DNA from: Pristiophorus japonicus
Lineage: Eukaryota
Direction of reading: 5' to 3'
Assembly (NCBI RefSeq): GCF_044704955.1
Contig: NC_092008.1
Coordinates: 2,294,001 to 2,358,000, forward strand
Length of the DNA stretch: 64,000 nt
Shown here: positions 36,215 through 49,536 of the stretch, piece by piece
How the letters are laid out: each line of letters opens with the position of its first letter
How positions within the stretch are numbered: position 1 is the stretch's first letter
Translations under genes and position numbers: made by a program
The notes under the pieces: generated by a model
What the model was told of the DNA's origin: nothing
Database searches by the model: none
Seen by the model: only the letters and a program-made list of their open reading frames with translations

Positions 36215-38557
36215 TCCTGCAGCGAGGAGGACGCTAAGAGGCTGCAGGGCGACTTGGACAGGTTAGGTGAGTGGGCAAATGCAGGGCAGGTGCAGTATAA
36301 TGTGGATAAATGTGAGGTTATCCACTTTGGGGGCAAAAACAGGAAGGCAGAATATTATCTGAATGGCGGCAGATTAGGAAAAGGGGAGGGGCAGCGAGAC
36401 CTGGGTGTCATGGTACATCAGTCATTGAAGGTTGGCCATGCAGGTACAGCAGGCGGTGAAGAAGGCAAATGGCATGTTGGCCTTCGTAGCGAGAGGATTT
36501 GAGTATAGGAGCAGGGAGGTCTTACTGCAGTTGTACAGGGCCTTGGTGAGGCCTCACCTGAAATATTGTGTTCAGTTTTGGTCTCCTAATCTGAGGAAGG
36601 ACGTTCTTGCTATTGAGGGAGTGCAGCGAAGGTTCACCAGACTGATTCCCGGGATGGCAGGACTGACATATGAAGAAAGACTGGATCGACTAGGCTTGTA
36701 TTCACTGGAATTTAGAAGAATGAGAGGGGATCTCATAGAAACATATAAAATTCTGACGGGACTGGACAGGTTAGATAAAAACATAGAAACATAGAAAATA
36801 GGTGCAGGAGCAGGCCATTCAGCCCTTCGAGCCTGCACCACCATTCAATATGATCATGGCTGATCATTCCCTCAGTACCCCATTCCTGCTTTCTCTCCAT
36901 ACCCCTTGATCCCTTTAGGCTTAAGGGCCACATCTAACTCCCTCTTGAATATATCCAACGAACTGGCCTCAACAACTCTCTGCGGTAGAGAATTCCACAG
37001 GTTCACAATTCTCTGAGTGAAGAAGTTTCTCCTCATCTCAGTCCCAAATGACTTACTCCTTATCCTTAGACTGTGTCCCCTGGTTCTGGACTTCCCCAAC
37101 ATCGGGAACATTCTTCCCGCATCTAACCTGTCCAGTCCCGTCAGAATTTTATATGTTTCTATGAGATTCCCTCTCATCCTTCTAAACTCCAGTGAATACA
37201 AGCCTAGTCGATCCAGTCTCTCCTCATATGTCAGTCCAGCCATCCCGGGAATCAGTCTGGTGAACCTTCGCTGCACTCCCTCAATAACAAGAACATCCTT
37301 CCTCAGATTAGGAGACCAAAACTGAACACAATATTCCAGGTGTGGCCTCACCAAGGCCCTGTACAACTGCAGTAAGACCTCCCTGCTCCTATACTCAAAT
37401 CCTCTCGCTATGAAGGCCAACATACCATTTGCCTTCTTAACCGCCTGCTGTACCTGCATGCCAACTTTCAATGACTGATGTACCATGACACCCAGGTCTC
37501 ATTGCACCTCCCCTTTTCCTAATCTGTCACCATTCAGATAATATTCTGCCTTCGTGTTTTTGCCCCCAAAGTGGATAACTTCACATTTATCCACATTATA
37601 CTGCATCTGCAATGCATTTGCCCACTCACCTAACCTGTCCAAGTCACCCTGTAGCCTCTTAGCATCCTCCTCACAGCTCACACTGCCACCCAGCTTTGTG
37701 TCATCTGCAAACTTGGAGATATTACACTCAATTCCTTCATCTAAATCATTGATGTATATTGTAAAGAGCTGGGGTCCCAGCACTGAGCCCTGCGGTACTC
37801 CACTAGTCACTGCCTGCCATTCTGAAAAGGACCCGTTTATCCCGAATCTCGGCTTCCTGTCTGCCAACCAGTTCTCTATCCACGTCAGTACATTACCCCC
37901 AATACCATTTTGCACACAAATTTCTTGTGTGGGACCTTGTCAAAAGCCTTTTGAATGTCTAAGTACACCACATCCACTGGTTCTCCCTTGTCCACTCTAT
38001 TAGTTACATCCTCAAAAAATTCCAGAAGATTTGTCAAGCATGATTTCCCTTTCATAAATCCATGCTGACTTGGACTGATCCTGTCACTGCTTTCCAAATG
38101 TGCTGCTATTTCATCTTTAATAATTGATTCCAACATTTTCCCACTACTGATGTCAGGCTAACCGGTCTATAATTATCCGTTTTCTCTCTCCCTCCTTTTT
38201 TAAAAAGTGGTGTTACATTAGCTACCCTCCAGTCCATAGGAACTGATCCAGAGTCAATAGACTGTTGGAAAATGATCACCAATGCATCCACTATTTCTAG
38301 GGCCACTTCCTTAAGTACTCTGGGATGTAGACTATCAGGCCCCGGGGATTCATCGGCTTCAATCCCATCAATTTCCCCAACACAATTTCCAGCCTTATAA
38401 GGATATCCTTCAGTTCCTCCTTCTCACTAGACTCTCGGCCCCCACATACTTCCGGAAGGTTATTTGTGTCTTTTTTCGTGAAGACAGAACCAAAGTATTT
38501 GTTCAACTGGTCTGCCATTTCTTTGTTCCCCATTATAAATTCACCTGAATCTGACTG
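36215..38557. mobile_element. Tail-to-tail CR1 copies (36215-36778 +, 36779-38557 -); the - copy continues at 49180-49535 beyond the ERV
   Basis: ORF2 fragments on both strands; (aaacatag)n tail. Confidence 0.9.
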
Positions 38558-39617
38558 TGTGGAAGAAAACGATCTATGTCCTATTATAAAGGAAAGGGTT
38601 AAGTTCACTTTTTGCTGAGTTTGTAGAATTAGTGGAGCTAGAAAAAACACCCAAACTTCTCAGCCTTGAAACAAAGCATGTTGTAAATACATGACTATCT
38701 GGTGTTTATATGAGTTTCCAGATACCCTGCTTATCAGGATACGGACAGGGAGAAACTATGCAAGAACAGGTAAAGTGTGCCTCCCGGAATGACCTTTGCA
38801 TTTACAGGATGTATGATTAATGTTCATGTGTGGTGTGTTTTAGATAAAGTTCCTGCTTTGATTGCATTTACAGAATGTATGATTAATGTTCATGTGTGGT
38901 GTGTTTTAGATAAAGTTCCTGCTTTGATTGCATTTACAGGATGTATGATTAATGTTCATGTGCGGTGTGTTTTAGATAAAGTTCTTGCTTTGATTGCATT
39001 TACAGAATGTATGATTAATGTTCATGTGTGGTGTGTTTTAGATAAAGTTCCTGCTTTGATTGCATTTACAGGATGTATGATTAATGTTCATGTGTGGTGT
39101 GTTTTAGATAAAGTTCTTGCTTTGATTGCATTTACAGAATGTATGATTAGTGTTCATGTGTGGTGTGTTTTAGATAAAGTTCCTGCTTTGATTGCATTTA
39201 CAGAATGTATGATTAATGTTCATGTGTGGTGTGTTTTAGATAAAGTTCCTGCTTTGATTGCATTTATAGAATGTATGATTAATGTTCATGTGTGGTGTGT
39301 TTTAGATAAAGTTCCTGCTTTGATTGCATTTATAGAATGTATGATTAATGTTCATGTGTGGTGTGTTTTAGATAAAGTTCCTGCTTTGATTGCATTTACA
39401 GAATGTATGATTAATGTTCATGTGTGGTGTGTTTTAGATAAAGTTCCTGCTTTGACTGTATAAAGATAGAGCGGGTTTACTTGTGAAGCTCAGAGTTTTT
39501 GCCTCGGTGCGGACTGAGCAAGCTCTCCGAGATATCTCGCTTGTAAAATAAAATTCTCTCGAAGCACGACTCTGAAAGCCTCCGCCTGAGTTAATTTAAG
39601 CTAAAATTTCCTCGACA
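38558..39617 (+). repeat. 5' LTR (1060 bp) with 10 x 66-bp U3 tandem units
   Basis: Starts TGTGGAAG, ends CTCGACA, TATAAA ~39458, AATAAA ~39548; near-identical to 48511-49174. Confidence 0.95.
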
Positions 39618-39622
39618 GATTC

Positions 39623-39641
39623 TGGCGTAGTCAGGCAGGAT
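39623..39641 (+). other. Primer binding site, tRNA-Ser
   Basis: TGGCGTAGTC(A)GGCAGGAT is complementary to the vertebrate tRNA-Ser 3' end ...ATCCTGCCGACTACGCCA, with a 1-nt insertion. Confidence 0.85.
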
Positions 39642-39979
39642 CTCTCAAAAAACGAGATCCGAAAGAACTAAATTTAACTTTTAAAGAGAAAAGAGGAATT
39701 TTTAAGGACCTTCCTAGCTGAAAGGGGGATGAGCCGCCGAGATCCCCTGGAGGGTGAGGCATAATTTTAAGGTAGCTACCGCAAAGAAGCTAAAGTAACA
39801 AAAAGGCAAAAGGAGACCTCGAGCTGAGCGGAAAAGAGAACGTGTGGCTATACGCCACTTGTCCCTCTAAGAAGTTGGACGCGGACCGCTCCGGGGTCGC
39901 TTTGTAAATTATTGTATATTTTGTAGGATTGTCCTAACTCTCATTTCAGAAAAGATCACGAGACGTTGCACCCGGAAGA

Positions 39980-42200
39980 ATGGGAAACGGCTCTCGTCGA
40001 GCAGGGCACTCGCGCCCAGCTCCTAGAAAAGGAAAGAAAGACGACCTCTCGACTGAAAGAATGAAAGTACATCCTAAGACCGAGAAAAGAATCCGTAAGG
40101 TAGCAAAGCAAAGAGAGAAGGTCGGAGATCCCATTGTGCCGCCCGGCTCGCCGGCGGACACTGTAATTAAAGACACAGGAGACGACAGATACGCGGTAAC
40201 GTTTAGTAGCGATTTGTACGGTTGGTCTGATGGGGATTGGCCATATGGAGGAAGTTTTAAGTTATCCTTGATAGTCCTCCGGGCCTTCCTGTCCCCTCAG
40301 CACCAGCAGTAGGACTCTATCCCCGTGTAGAACCCCCAAAACAAGATAGTTGGCAGGAAACGATAGAAATAATCGCTGCCCACAGAAATCAAGTTCCGAG
40401 GGAATTAGCAGCCCCTCCGGAATCAGCCACCTAATGGAGGAGCCGGTGGAGGAGATCCGGGAGCATCAGGATCAGGGGAAGCCGAGGCAGTAGAGGGAGG
40501 GGTAGCAAAGCAGGACGCAGGGAGGAGAGGTCCTCACCAAACAAGGCAACAAGCGGCAAGAGAAGCGGCCGACTCTACCGTCCACCAAAATCCTAGGGTA
40601 ATGATAGGAACTACGGCAGTTCTGAAACCCTGGTCCCCTGGAGAAGCCAGAGATATGATCTCAGCCGCCCCAAATCCGCTAAAGAAACCGGTAGCATTTC
40701 ACAACTGGCTTGAGCAAACGTGTACAATTTACAATCCGCTCCCAGGAGAATGTTAAATTATTATTGCAAGCGGCCTATAGGTCTTCCTGGCAGGGAGTAA
40801 AAGATATGTTCCACATCCCACCAGGGGAAAATGGAGACTGGAGAGTTAATGATGACTTGCTGAATGACGGCAAACATAGAAACATAGAACATAGAAACAT
40901 AGAAAATAGGTGCAGGAGCAGGCCATTCAGCCCTTCTAGCCTGCACCGCCATTCAATGAGTTCATGGCTGAACATGAAACTTCAGTACCCCCTTCCTGCT
41001 TTCTCGCCATACCCCTTGATCCCCCGAGTAGTAAGGACCTCATCTAACTCCCTTTTGAATATATTTAGTGAATTGGCCTCAACTACTTTCTGTGGTAGAG
41101 AATTCCACAGGTTCACCACTCTCTGGGTGAAGAAGTTTCTCCTCATCTCGGTCCTAAATGGCTTACCCCTTATCCTCAGACTGTGAGCCCTGGTTCTGGA
41201 CTTCCCCAGCATCGGGAACATTCTTCCTGCATCTAACCTGTCTAAACCCGTCAGAATTTTAAACGTTTCTATGAGGTCCCCTCTCATTCTTCTGAACTCC
41301 AGTGAATACAAGCCCAGTTGATCCAGTCTTTCTTGATAGGTCAGTCCCACCATCCCGGGAATCAGTCTGGTGAATCTTCGCTGCACTCCCTCAATAGCAA
41401 GAATGTCCTTCCTCAAGTTAGGAGACCAAAACTGTACACAATACTCCAGGTGTGGCCTCACCAAGGCCCTGTACAACTGTAGCAACACCTCCCTGCCCCT
41501 GTACTCAAATCCCCTCGCTACGAAGGCCAACATGCCATTTGCTTTCTTAACCGCCTGCTGTACCTGCAATGAGTCATTAACCCATTGGCTGAAAAACCGA
41601 GGAAAGAACGCAATTCTGCAAGGGGCTAAAAAGCATGGGGATATAGGGGAAGTCACCTGCTGCTTGCAGAAAGCAGAAGAATCAATGATAGATTTTGCAG
41701 GCAGATGGAAAAATAGTTGGGGCGAGCATGCAGGAATACCGATGGATCAAAATGAACCTTTGGCAGTACAAACCTTGTTAAATTGTATGTTGCCACAACA
41801 AGCAAGAACATACAAAATAAAGGTTTTGGACTGGCAAGGAAAAAGTTGGAAAGAGACAATTACAGTACTGGCCAATATGGATAGGGAGGGACTGTTCACC
41901 TATAAAGACAACAAGGCTAAAATAACAGGTCAATACTATCAGCAAAAGGGAAGAGGACAAACACAGAATAATAGAGGAGGGTTTGGGGGATGAGGAAGAG
42001 GAAGAGGGAGAGGACAGTGGCCCCAACGAGACCGCTCCCAAGATGAGTGTAGAAATTGCGGAAGGAAAGGGAATTGGGCTCGAGATTGCAGATGCCCCCC
42101 GAAACAGCTTGGAGGGTTACAAGGGGGTTTCCCCGAACCTCCACCTTCATTGGCCCCTCAGTTTTTGTTCTCTAACCCCAACCCGCACCGATCAGCATAG
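39980..42200 (+). pseudogene. gag: ERV gag (disrupted; CR1 inserted at 40873-41568)
   Basis: MGNGS myristoylation-type start, WPYGGSF matrix motif, degenerate knuckle CRNCGRKGNWARDC at ~42048, amber TAG-GGA read-through-type junction at 42198. Confidence 0.82.
40873..41568 (-). mobile_element. CR1 3' fragment inserted in ERV gag
   Basis: ORF2 C-terminus + microsatellite tail interrupting gag. Confidence 0.92.
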
Positions 42201-45200
42201 GGATGCCCCGGAGGCTGAGTGGTACAGGCGGCAGCCCTCCGCTTATCAGCAGACATCGAAGAAAACCCTCTGGCAGTAGTAAACGTAGGAGACACTTATG
42301 TGAAGTTCCTGGTGGATACCGGTGCTACTATGCCTTCTGTACCACCCTCTGTGGGACTACCTGTCAGCAACACCACCGTCTTAAGTATGGGTGTGGCCGG
42401 TATCTCCATGAAAGAATTTTTATCTGAACCTACCAAATTGATAATTGAAGGACAACCAGTTAATGATGAGACTTTGATAGTCTCTAAAACAACACCTCTC
42501 CCTTTATTAGGAAGACAGACTTTGTGCAAACTGGGAGCCACAATTTATTGCACAAAGGAAGGGATGTTCATGGAGCTCCCTCCAAATAAAATCCATCAGT
42601 TCTTTAATGGGATTGAAGAAGAGAAAAGGGAAGATAACAAAGAAAAGGCTACCCTCTATTGTTGGCAATTGAATGGCAACTTCTATTCCCCCTTGATACT
42701 TGAAGTTATACAAAATTTAAAAGCTAAAATTGACTCTAATACTGAAGAATTGATGTATATAATTTTGACAAGCTTTGAGGCAGTTCAGCTTCACTGTACA
42801 GCCTGGTACACTCGACAAAAAGCTGAAACTCACCAGTGGCTGGTACAATCCTTTTTAAAAAAGAAGAAATAGTAGAAGCTACACCCCGCATTTATTTTGG
42901 ACCAGAAGGATTGGGGGTAGCCATGGATTTGACACCCTTACAGCAGCAGCGGTTTAGAGAAGCGAACTCGACACCCCATCTGACCTTGGCTGTAAAACCG
43001 CCAGCGAAACCTAAAGTTATGGGTCCGATGATTGTAGGAATAGAAAAGGAAAAACAGCAACACGGCTATCAACCTTGGGCAGTAATAGAACTGCAGAATG
43101 TTCAGATAGAATTTGTCACCCGCACCAGGAGGATTCTCCAGTGGAAAGGTAAAAATCATGCCTCCACTTTTGAAAAACAGCAACCCCCCGGAACAACCAA
43201 GCCCTAAGCTGCCACTGGCATTGAAGCAAGTATCTTCGGAACTTTGGGCAAAACATAAGAATCACATTCTGCAGTACCCCATCGGGTACAGCTGATAAAG
43301 AACGCCGTGTTACCAAGCACTAGGCAGTACAGACTGCATTGTTGGAACAAGGAGTTCTAGAAAAGACACAGAGCCCGTGTAACGCTCCGATACTGCCCAT
43401 ACCAAAGGTTAATAGGCCGAATGAGTGGAGATTTGTGCAAGATCTGAGAGCTATTAATAAGATAGTAGTCCCTATCACCCCTGTGGTACCGGACACCAAC
43501 ATTATACTATCTGCTATCCCACCAACAGCAACTGTCTTTACTGTGGTCGACCTGTGTTCAGCCTTTTTCTCCATCCCGTTAAATCAAGAGAGTCAGTATC
43601 GGTTTGCTTTCACCTACAAGAAGCAGCAGTACACATGGACCAGGTTGTCCCAAGGATACACCGAAAGCCCCGCAGTATATGCAGCAGCAGTAAAGAGAGA
43701 CCTCGAAGACTGTTCATTATCGGACCAGTCTGTGTTGTTGCAGTATGCGGACGATTTGCTTGTGGCTTCCAGCCACGGATACAGGTGCATGCAAGATTCC
43801 CTGAAACTGTTACAGCACCTATGTGAACGAGGGCACCGAGTGTCGTTACCAAAGTTACAATTTTGTCAGACTCAAGTCCAGTACTTGGGTTTTCACATAT
43901 CGCAAGGGCAGAGGCAGCTAGGACCAGAAAGAATTCAGACAATTATCGAGAATGGGATGCGGTCCTAAGATCAGCTGCCCTGAATGATGCCCCACCCAAG
44001 GTGGAGTGGACCCCAGAGAGAGAGGAGGCATTTCAACAGTTAAAGAAAGCCATCACTAATGCTCCGGCGTTGGGACTTCCGAATTATGGAAAACCTTTTC
44101 AGATGTATGTGAATGAGAAAGAAGGATTTGCAACCGCAGTGCTAACCAAAGAACATGGTGGGGGAAACAGACCAGTTGCTTATTATTCGGGTTTGCTGCC
44201 TCCAGTAGTAAGGGGAATGCCCACATGTCTACGTGCTGTAGCTGCTACTGCGGTCATGGTGGAGAAGTCGGTACCTATTGTTTTGGATCATCCATGTGCT
44301 GTCATTACAGCCCATGCTGTGTTATTACTTTTGAATTCAGCTGCCACACAACACTTTACAGCGTCTCGAAGAACAGGTTATGAAGTATTACTGCTGTCAC
44401 ACCCTAACTATACCTTTCGACGCACACCGGTAGTGAACCCAGCCACCTTTCTTCCTACTAAAGAAGTAGAGGATCCAGACCAGCATGATTGTCTGTTAAC
44501 GGTGGAAATAGCCACCTTACCAAGACCCGATTTGCTCACAGAGCCCATGGACAATCCTGATCTTATTCTCTATACGGATGGATCATCACATAGGCCGTCG
44601 GATGATTTGTTTTTGGCAGGCTATGCTATTGTAAACCCCCACGAAACTGTTGAAGCATTTGCCCTGCCTCCCGGAACCTCGGCTCAGGCTGCTGAATTGT
44701 TTGCCCTCACTAGAGCTTGTATAATAGCTAAAGACCATACTGCTAATATCTATACTGATTCTAGAGATGCATTCGGTGTGGTCCATGATTTTGGACAACT
44801 GTGGAAAAACAGAGGCTTTATCACCTCTGGTGGAAAGCATATTAAGCACTCTCAACTGGTGCTTAATCTATTAGACGCCATTCAGTTGCCAAGTAAGGTA
44901 GCCGTTATCAAATGTGCAGCTCACACAACCGGTGAGGATGAAGTATCAGTAGGAAATAGGAGGGCTGACGAGGCAGCCAAACAGGCCACTTCGGCACAGG
45001 CAGACTGCCTTCAAGCAGTCTCAGTCTCCCCTCCACAGGTACTTGACATCCAACTACTTAAAACAGCCCAACAACAAGTTACTATACAAGAAAGAAGGAC
45101 TTGGGAAAACCAAGGTTGTTTTCTCAAAAACGACATTTGGTGCCACCCTGATGGGCAAACTGTTTGCCCTCGATCTCTATTTTTGCCCCTGTCTCGCCTA

Positions 45201-46220
45201 GCACACGGTCAGGCTCACATGGGCAAAGGAGGGATGATACATGCTATTAATGCACAGTGGTATGCCCCAGGAATAACAGTAGTAATTGAGGAAGTTGCTA
45301 GAACATGCCAAATTTGTCAACAAAATAACAGAGGTAAAACGCCTGCTGAATATGATCATCTACCCCAACCTAGTATGCCCTTTGAGAATTTGCAAATTGA
45401 TTTTGCCCACATGCCTCCAGTATCAGGTCTTAAGTACCTATTAGTCAGAGTAGATATGTTCACAAGGTGGGTAGAAGTGTACGCCACTAGGAGAGACGAT
45501 GCCCGAACAGTAGTAAAAATTCTATTTAAAGAAATAGTACCAAGATATGGGATACCTATGGGAATCAACAGTGACAGGGGAACACACTTCACCGGAAAAA
45601 TAGTGCAAAACCTTGCAGAAGCGTTAGGGTTCCAGTGTACATATACCATATCAGCCACAGTCCTCGGGAATGGTAGAGAGAGTAAATGGGATAATAAAAT
45701 CTACCCTCACCAAGGTATGTCAGGAGACTGGACTGAAGTGGCCAGATGCCTTACCATTGGTACTGTATACAATGAGAAACCAGAAAAACCGAAACACTGG
45801 TTTGACACCACATGAAGCCTTGTTGGGACGACCAATGCCTACTGGCGTAAAACCTCCACTGGCGGCTGAAAAAATAGCATTAATTTGGAATGATGAAAAA
45901 TCACTAAAGTATGCTCAGGCCATGTGTGAAATAGCAAGGAGTCTGCACGAACAAATAAAGCAGACACAGGTGCCCCCGTCGGAAGGGAATATGCACCTTT
46001 CAGACCTGGAGATCAAGTGTTGGTAAAAACATTAAATAAAGAATCCTTTTCTCCTAGGTGGAAAGGACCGTATCAGATCATTCTCACAACACGAACCGCT
46101 TTGAAGTTGGAAAAACACCCGAACTGGGTGCATGCGACCCGCTGTAAATATTATTTCCCCGACAAATCACAGCCGAAGGAAGAGGCATTGAACCAGGACG
46201 TACTGCGGTCGCCCGACTAA
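42201..46220 (+). pseudogene. pol: ERV pro-pol (protease, putative 2H domain, RT, RNase H, integrase), frameshifted
   Basis: FLVDTGA (~42315), WRFVQDLR, YADD (~43744), YTDGS/SAQAAEL/IYTDS, HHCC, QIDF...SDRGTHF, WKGPY. Confidence 0.93.
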
Positions 46221-46458
46221 GAAAACAGCCATCTTCTCGCTGAAGAACTGTACCTGCTCTTATTTTGTGTTCACTCATTGTGTATTTTGGACTTAAAAGT
46301 ATCTATAGTTACCCAAAAGTCCAGGGACGAATGTCAGAACTCATTTGTATGCCAGTTTTGGCCTTTATTATTTGGGTTACGGTTACTATCGTGCTTGCGT
46401 GTTGTTATTGTAACGAATTAAGTTCAAGAGTGTTATAGAAGTAAACAGAAAAGGGAAG

Positions 46459-48291
46459 ATGAGGCGGGACTCTTGGAAAAACTATAAGTGGACATTGGGC
46501 GTTCTGATCATTTTAGCAGTAAGGAGAGTCAGACAGGAAGAAGAATTACTTGAAGAAGGAAAAGTATGGAAGGGAGATATGGAGTGGGGGAAAAGTGATA
46601 AGGCAAGGCAGCAAGATAACTTTACATGCCCAAAGAAAAAGAAAAAAAATTGTAAGGTAGGGAACTTCACAGTGATGTGTAAGGCTTGTGGAGTAGGGAT
46701 AGATCAGCGATCAGGAGAAGTGAAAGTGACCAGTGAGGAGGGATTTAATATATCCCTGAACTGGAAGGTAAACATGACTTGCCTGACCAGCACGGACCAA
46801 AATGAGAGTCAAGAGACCAATGGCACATTCTGTAGACCGGAAGAAGACTGCTACTTTGAAATAGGAAACAGAGAATGGGTAAAGTGGATGAACCTCACAA
46901 AAATAATAAATGGAACAACCTCTACTAAACAATGGACCCATAATAAAAATAAGCATTCCCCGCGAGATACGGGACACTTGAAACGAATATTGGCCACCTG
47001 CATCCCAGTGGTAAGGTCCCCAGGTGTATTAAATTTAACAATACGAATTATATATCCCCCAAAGAAAGAAGATGGCTGCAACACAGCCAGTGTTGAGGTA
47101 TCTCTGGGAAAAGGAAGGCCCCCGAGAAAGAAACGGGATCTATTAGAAACTGTGTTAGATGGAGTGGGAGCAGGAATAGGAGCGTTGAACTCCATGGATA
47201 TCGAGACCCTACAAAATAAAATCCAGGTCGTCGGAGGACTGATCGGGGAAGGCATAAAAATAAGAAGTGCCTGGGATGAAGGATTACAGCAATTGCAGGT
47301 ATCAGGTTACGTCACAGACGAAATGACCTGGACGCAGAATGAAAGGATAGAGAAGGAAAGATGAAGGAACAACAGGGGTAAACAGGTACACCCATTGTAC
47401 GTTTAAAGAAACGATCAGACAGTTATTGAGAGCCGAGCTAGAAAGGAAGATATTATCCTTCCATGCTGACACGTGGGAAGGGTTGCTGAAAATCAATCAG
47501 AAGGATAAGCTTCTTAATTTAACCATTAAACCCCAAGAAAGATATACCAGTTGTGATTCAAAAGGATGTAACATAACTGTGGAAATAGTAAATAAGACGA
47601 GAAAAGAAATTTGGTGTCAGTTCCAAGTAATGCCCCCCATTAATTTGACACATCACCAGAGGGGATGTGCTAGGTGGCCATTCGGAATGGTATGTCCCTA
47701 TCAGACCGCCATATACGAACCATGCTCACTGCAGCACTCCATTGGAGTATGTAAGTGGGAACTAAAGCCAACAAGTGACACTGATATTACGGAAATAGGA
47801 CAGAATGAGGTCTGTGTGACCGGAAATAAGCCTGTCTATCTGGATGGAATTTTGTATAGGCCCCCCATTAATAAATGCGTGAGAAGGAGTCTACACCCTG
47901 TATGACCCAGAAGAAAAAAAGAACTTATACCTTTGGGCAATGGCAAAATGTAGAAAAATATCTGTCTGTGCACAAGATTGAACCCTTACCCCCCTGTAAT
48001 TAATCTGACCAGACGACACAATTTGATGCGTAATGACAAGAAAATTGAGGAAGCTCTGTCAAAACGAGGCAGTTTAGAGTCGAAATGAGTTACAAGAAGG
48101 GACAACTAGTGAGAATCACAGATGAAGTCACCTCTTTGACAGTACACCACTGGCGGGATGTGTTTACCGGATGGTCCCCAAAAGCTACAGCAGTACTGAA
48201 GCTTGCTATACACCCCATAGTAATCGTAGGTGTGGTTATGCTTGTATTGTTAATAATCATTTGTGGAATGTGGATAAAATTGAAAAAATGA
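46459..48291 (+). pseudogene. env: ERV env (fragmented)
   Basis: N-terminal hydrophobic stretch, many NxT/S sequons, furin site RKKR at 47125-47136 followed by a Gly-rich fusion peptide, C-terminal TM IVIVGVVMLVLLIIICGMWI. Confidence 0.85.
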
Positions 48292-48510
48292 ATTAGTCAA
48301 GTAATGGGCCTGGTATCCCAAGTAGAAAGGAAAAGTGTGTTCGTGAAAGGAAGGTTAAGTCGCATAGAAGGAAAATTAGATGGTTACAATGAAGAGGAAT
48401 GTCTTAAAATGCGACCCGACCCTGCCTGAGGGGTATGAACCCCCTTTTGAACACGAAAAGAATATATAAGAAATTGTGCTGATCCAGTAAAAGATCAACA
48501 AGGAGGGAAT

Positions 48511-49174
48511 TGTGGAAGAAAACGATCTATGTCCTATTATAAAGGAAAGGGTTAAGGTCACTTTTTGCTGAGTTTGTAGAATTAGTGGAGCTAGAAAAAA
48601 CACCCAAACTTCTCAGCCTCGAAACAAAGCATGTTGTAAATACATGACTATCTGGTGTTTATATGAGTTTCCAGATACCCTGCTTATCAGGATACGGACA
48701 GGGAGAAACTATGCAAGGACAGATAAAGTGTGCCTCCCGGAATGACCTTTGCATTTACAGGATGTATGATTAATGTTCATGTGTGGTGTGTTTTAGATAA
48801 AGTTCCTGCTTTGATTGCATTTACAGAACGTATGATTAATGTTCATGTGTGGTGTGTTTTAGATAAAGTTCCTGCTTTGATTGCATTTACAGGATGTATG
48901 ATTAATGTTCATGTGTGATGTGTTTTAGATAAAGTTCCTGCTTTGATTGCATTTACAGAATGTATGATTAATGTTCATGTGTGGTGTGTTTTAGATAAAG
49001 TTCCTGCTTTGACTGTATAAAGATAGAGCGGGTTTGCTTGTGAAGCTCAGAGTTTTTGCCTCGGTACGGACTGAGCAAGCTCTCCGAGATATCTCGCTTG
49101 TAAAATAAAATTCTCTCGAAGCACGACTCTGAAAGCCTCCGCCTGAGTTAATTTAAGCTAAAATTTCCTCGACA
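48511..49174 (+). repeat. 3' LTR (664 bp) with 4 x 66-bp units
   Basis: Preceded by the polypurine tract aaggagggaa; same termini as the 5' LTR. Confidence 0.95.
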
Positions 49175-49536
49175 GATTGCAAGGGACCTATGTTTGTCTT
49201 CACTAATCTTTTTCTCTTCACATATCTATAGAAGCTTTTGCAGTCAGTTTTTATGTTCCTGGCAAGCTTCCTCTCATACTCTATTTCCCCCTCCTAATTA
49301 AACCCTTTGTCCTCCTCTGCTGAATTCTAAGTTTCTCCCAGTCCTCAGGGTTGCTGCTTTTTCTGGCCAATTTATATGCCTCTTCCTTGGATTTAACACT
49401 ATCCTTAATTTCCCTTGTTAGCCACGGTTGAGCCACCTTCCCCGTTTTACTTTTACTCCAGACAGGGATGTACAATTGTAGAAGTTCATTCATGTGATCT
49501 TTAAATGTTTGCCATTGCCTATCCACCGTCAACCCT

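Larger units (their letters stand above)
38558..49174 (+). mobile_element. Full-length defective endogenous retrovirus, class I/epsilon-like (LTR-gag-pro-pol-env-LTR)
   Basis: TG...CA LTR pair, PBS, PPT, 5-bp TSD GACTG/GATTG (1 mismatch), inserted into a CR1 LINE that resumes after it; gag/pro/RT/RNaseH/IN/env motifs with stops and frameshifts. Confidence 0.96.
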
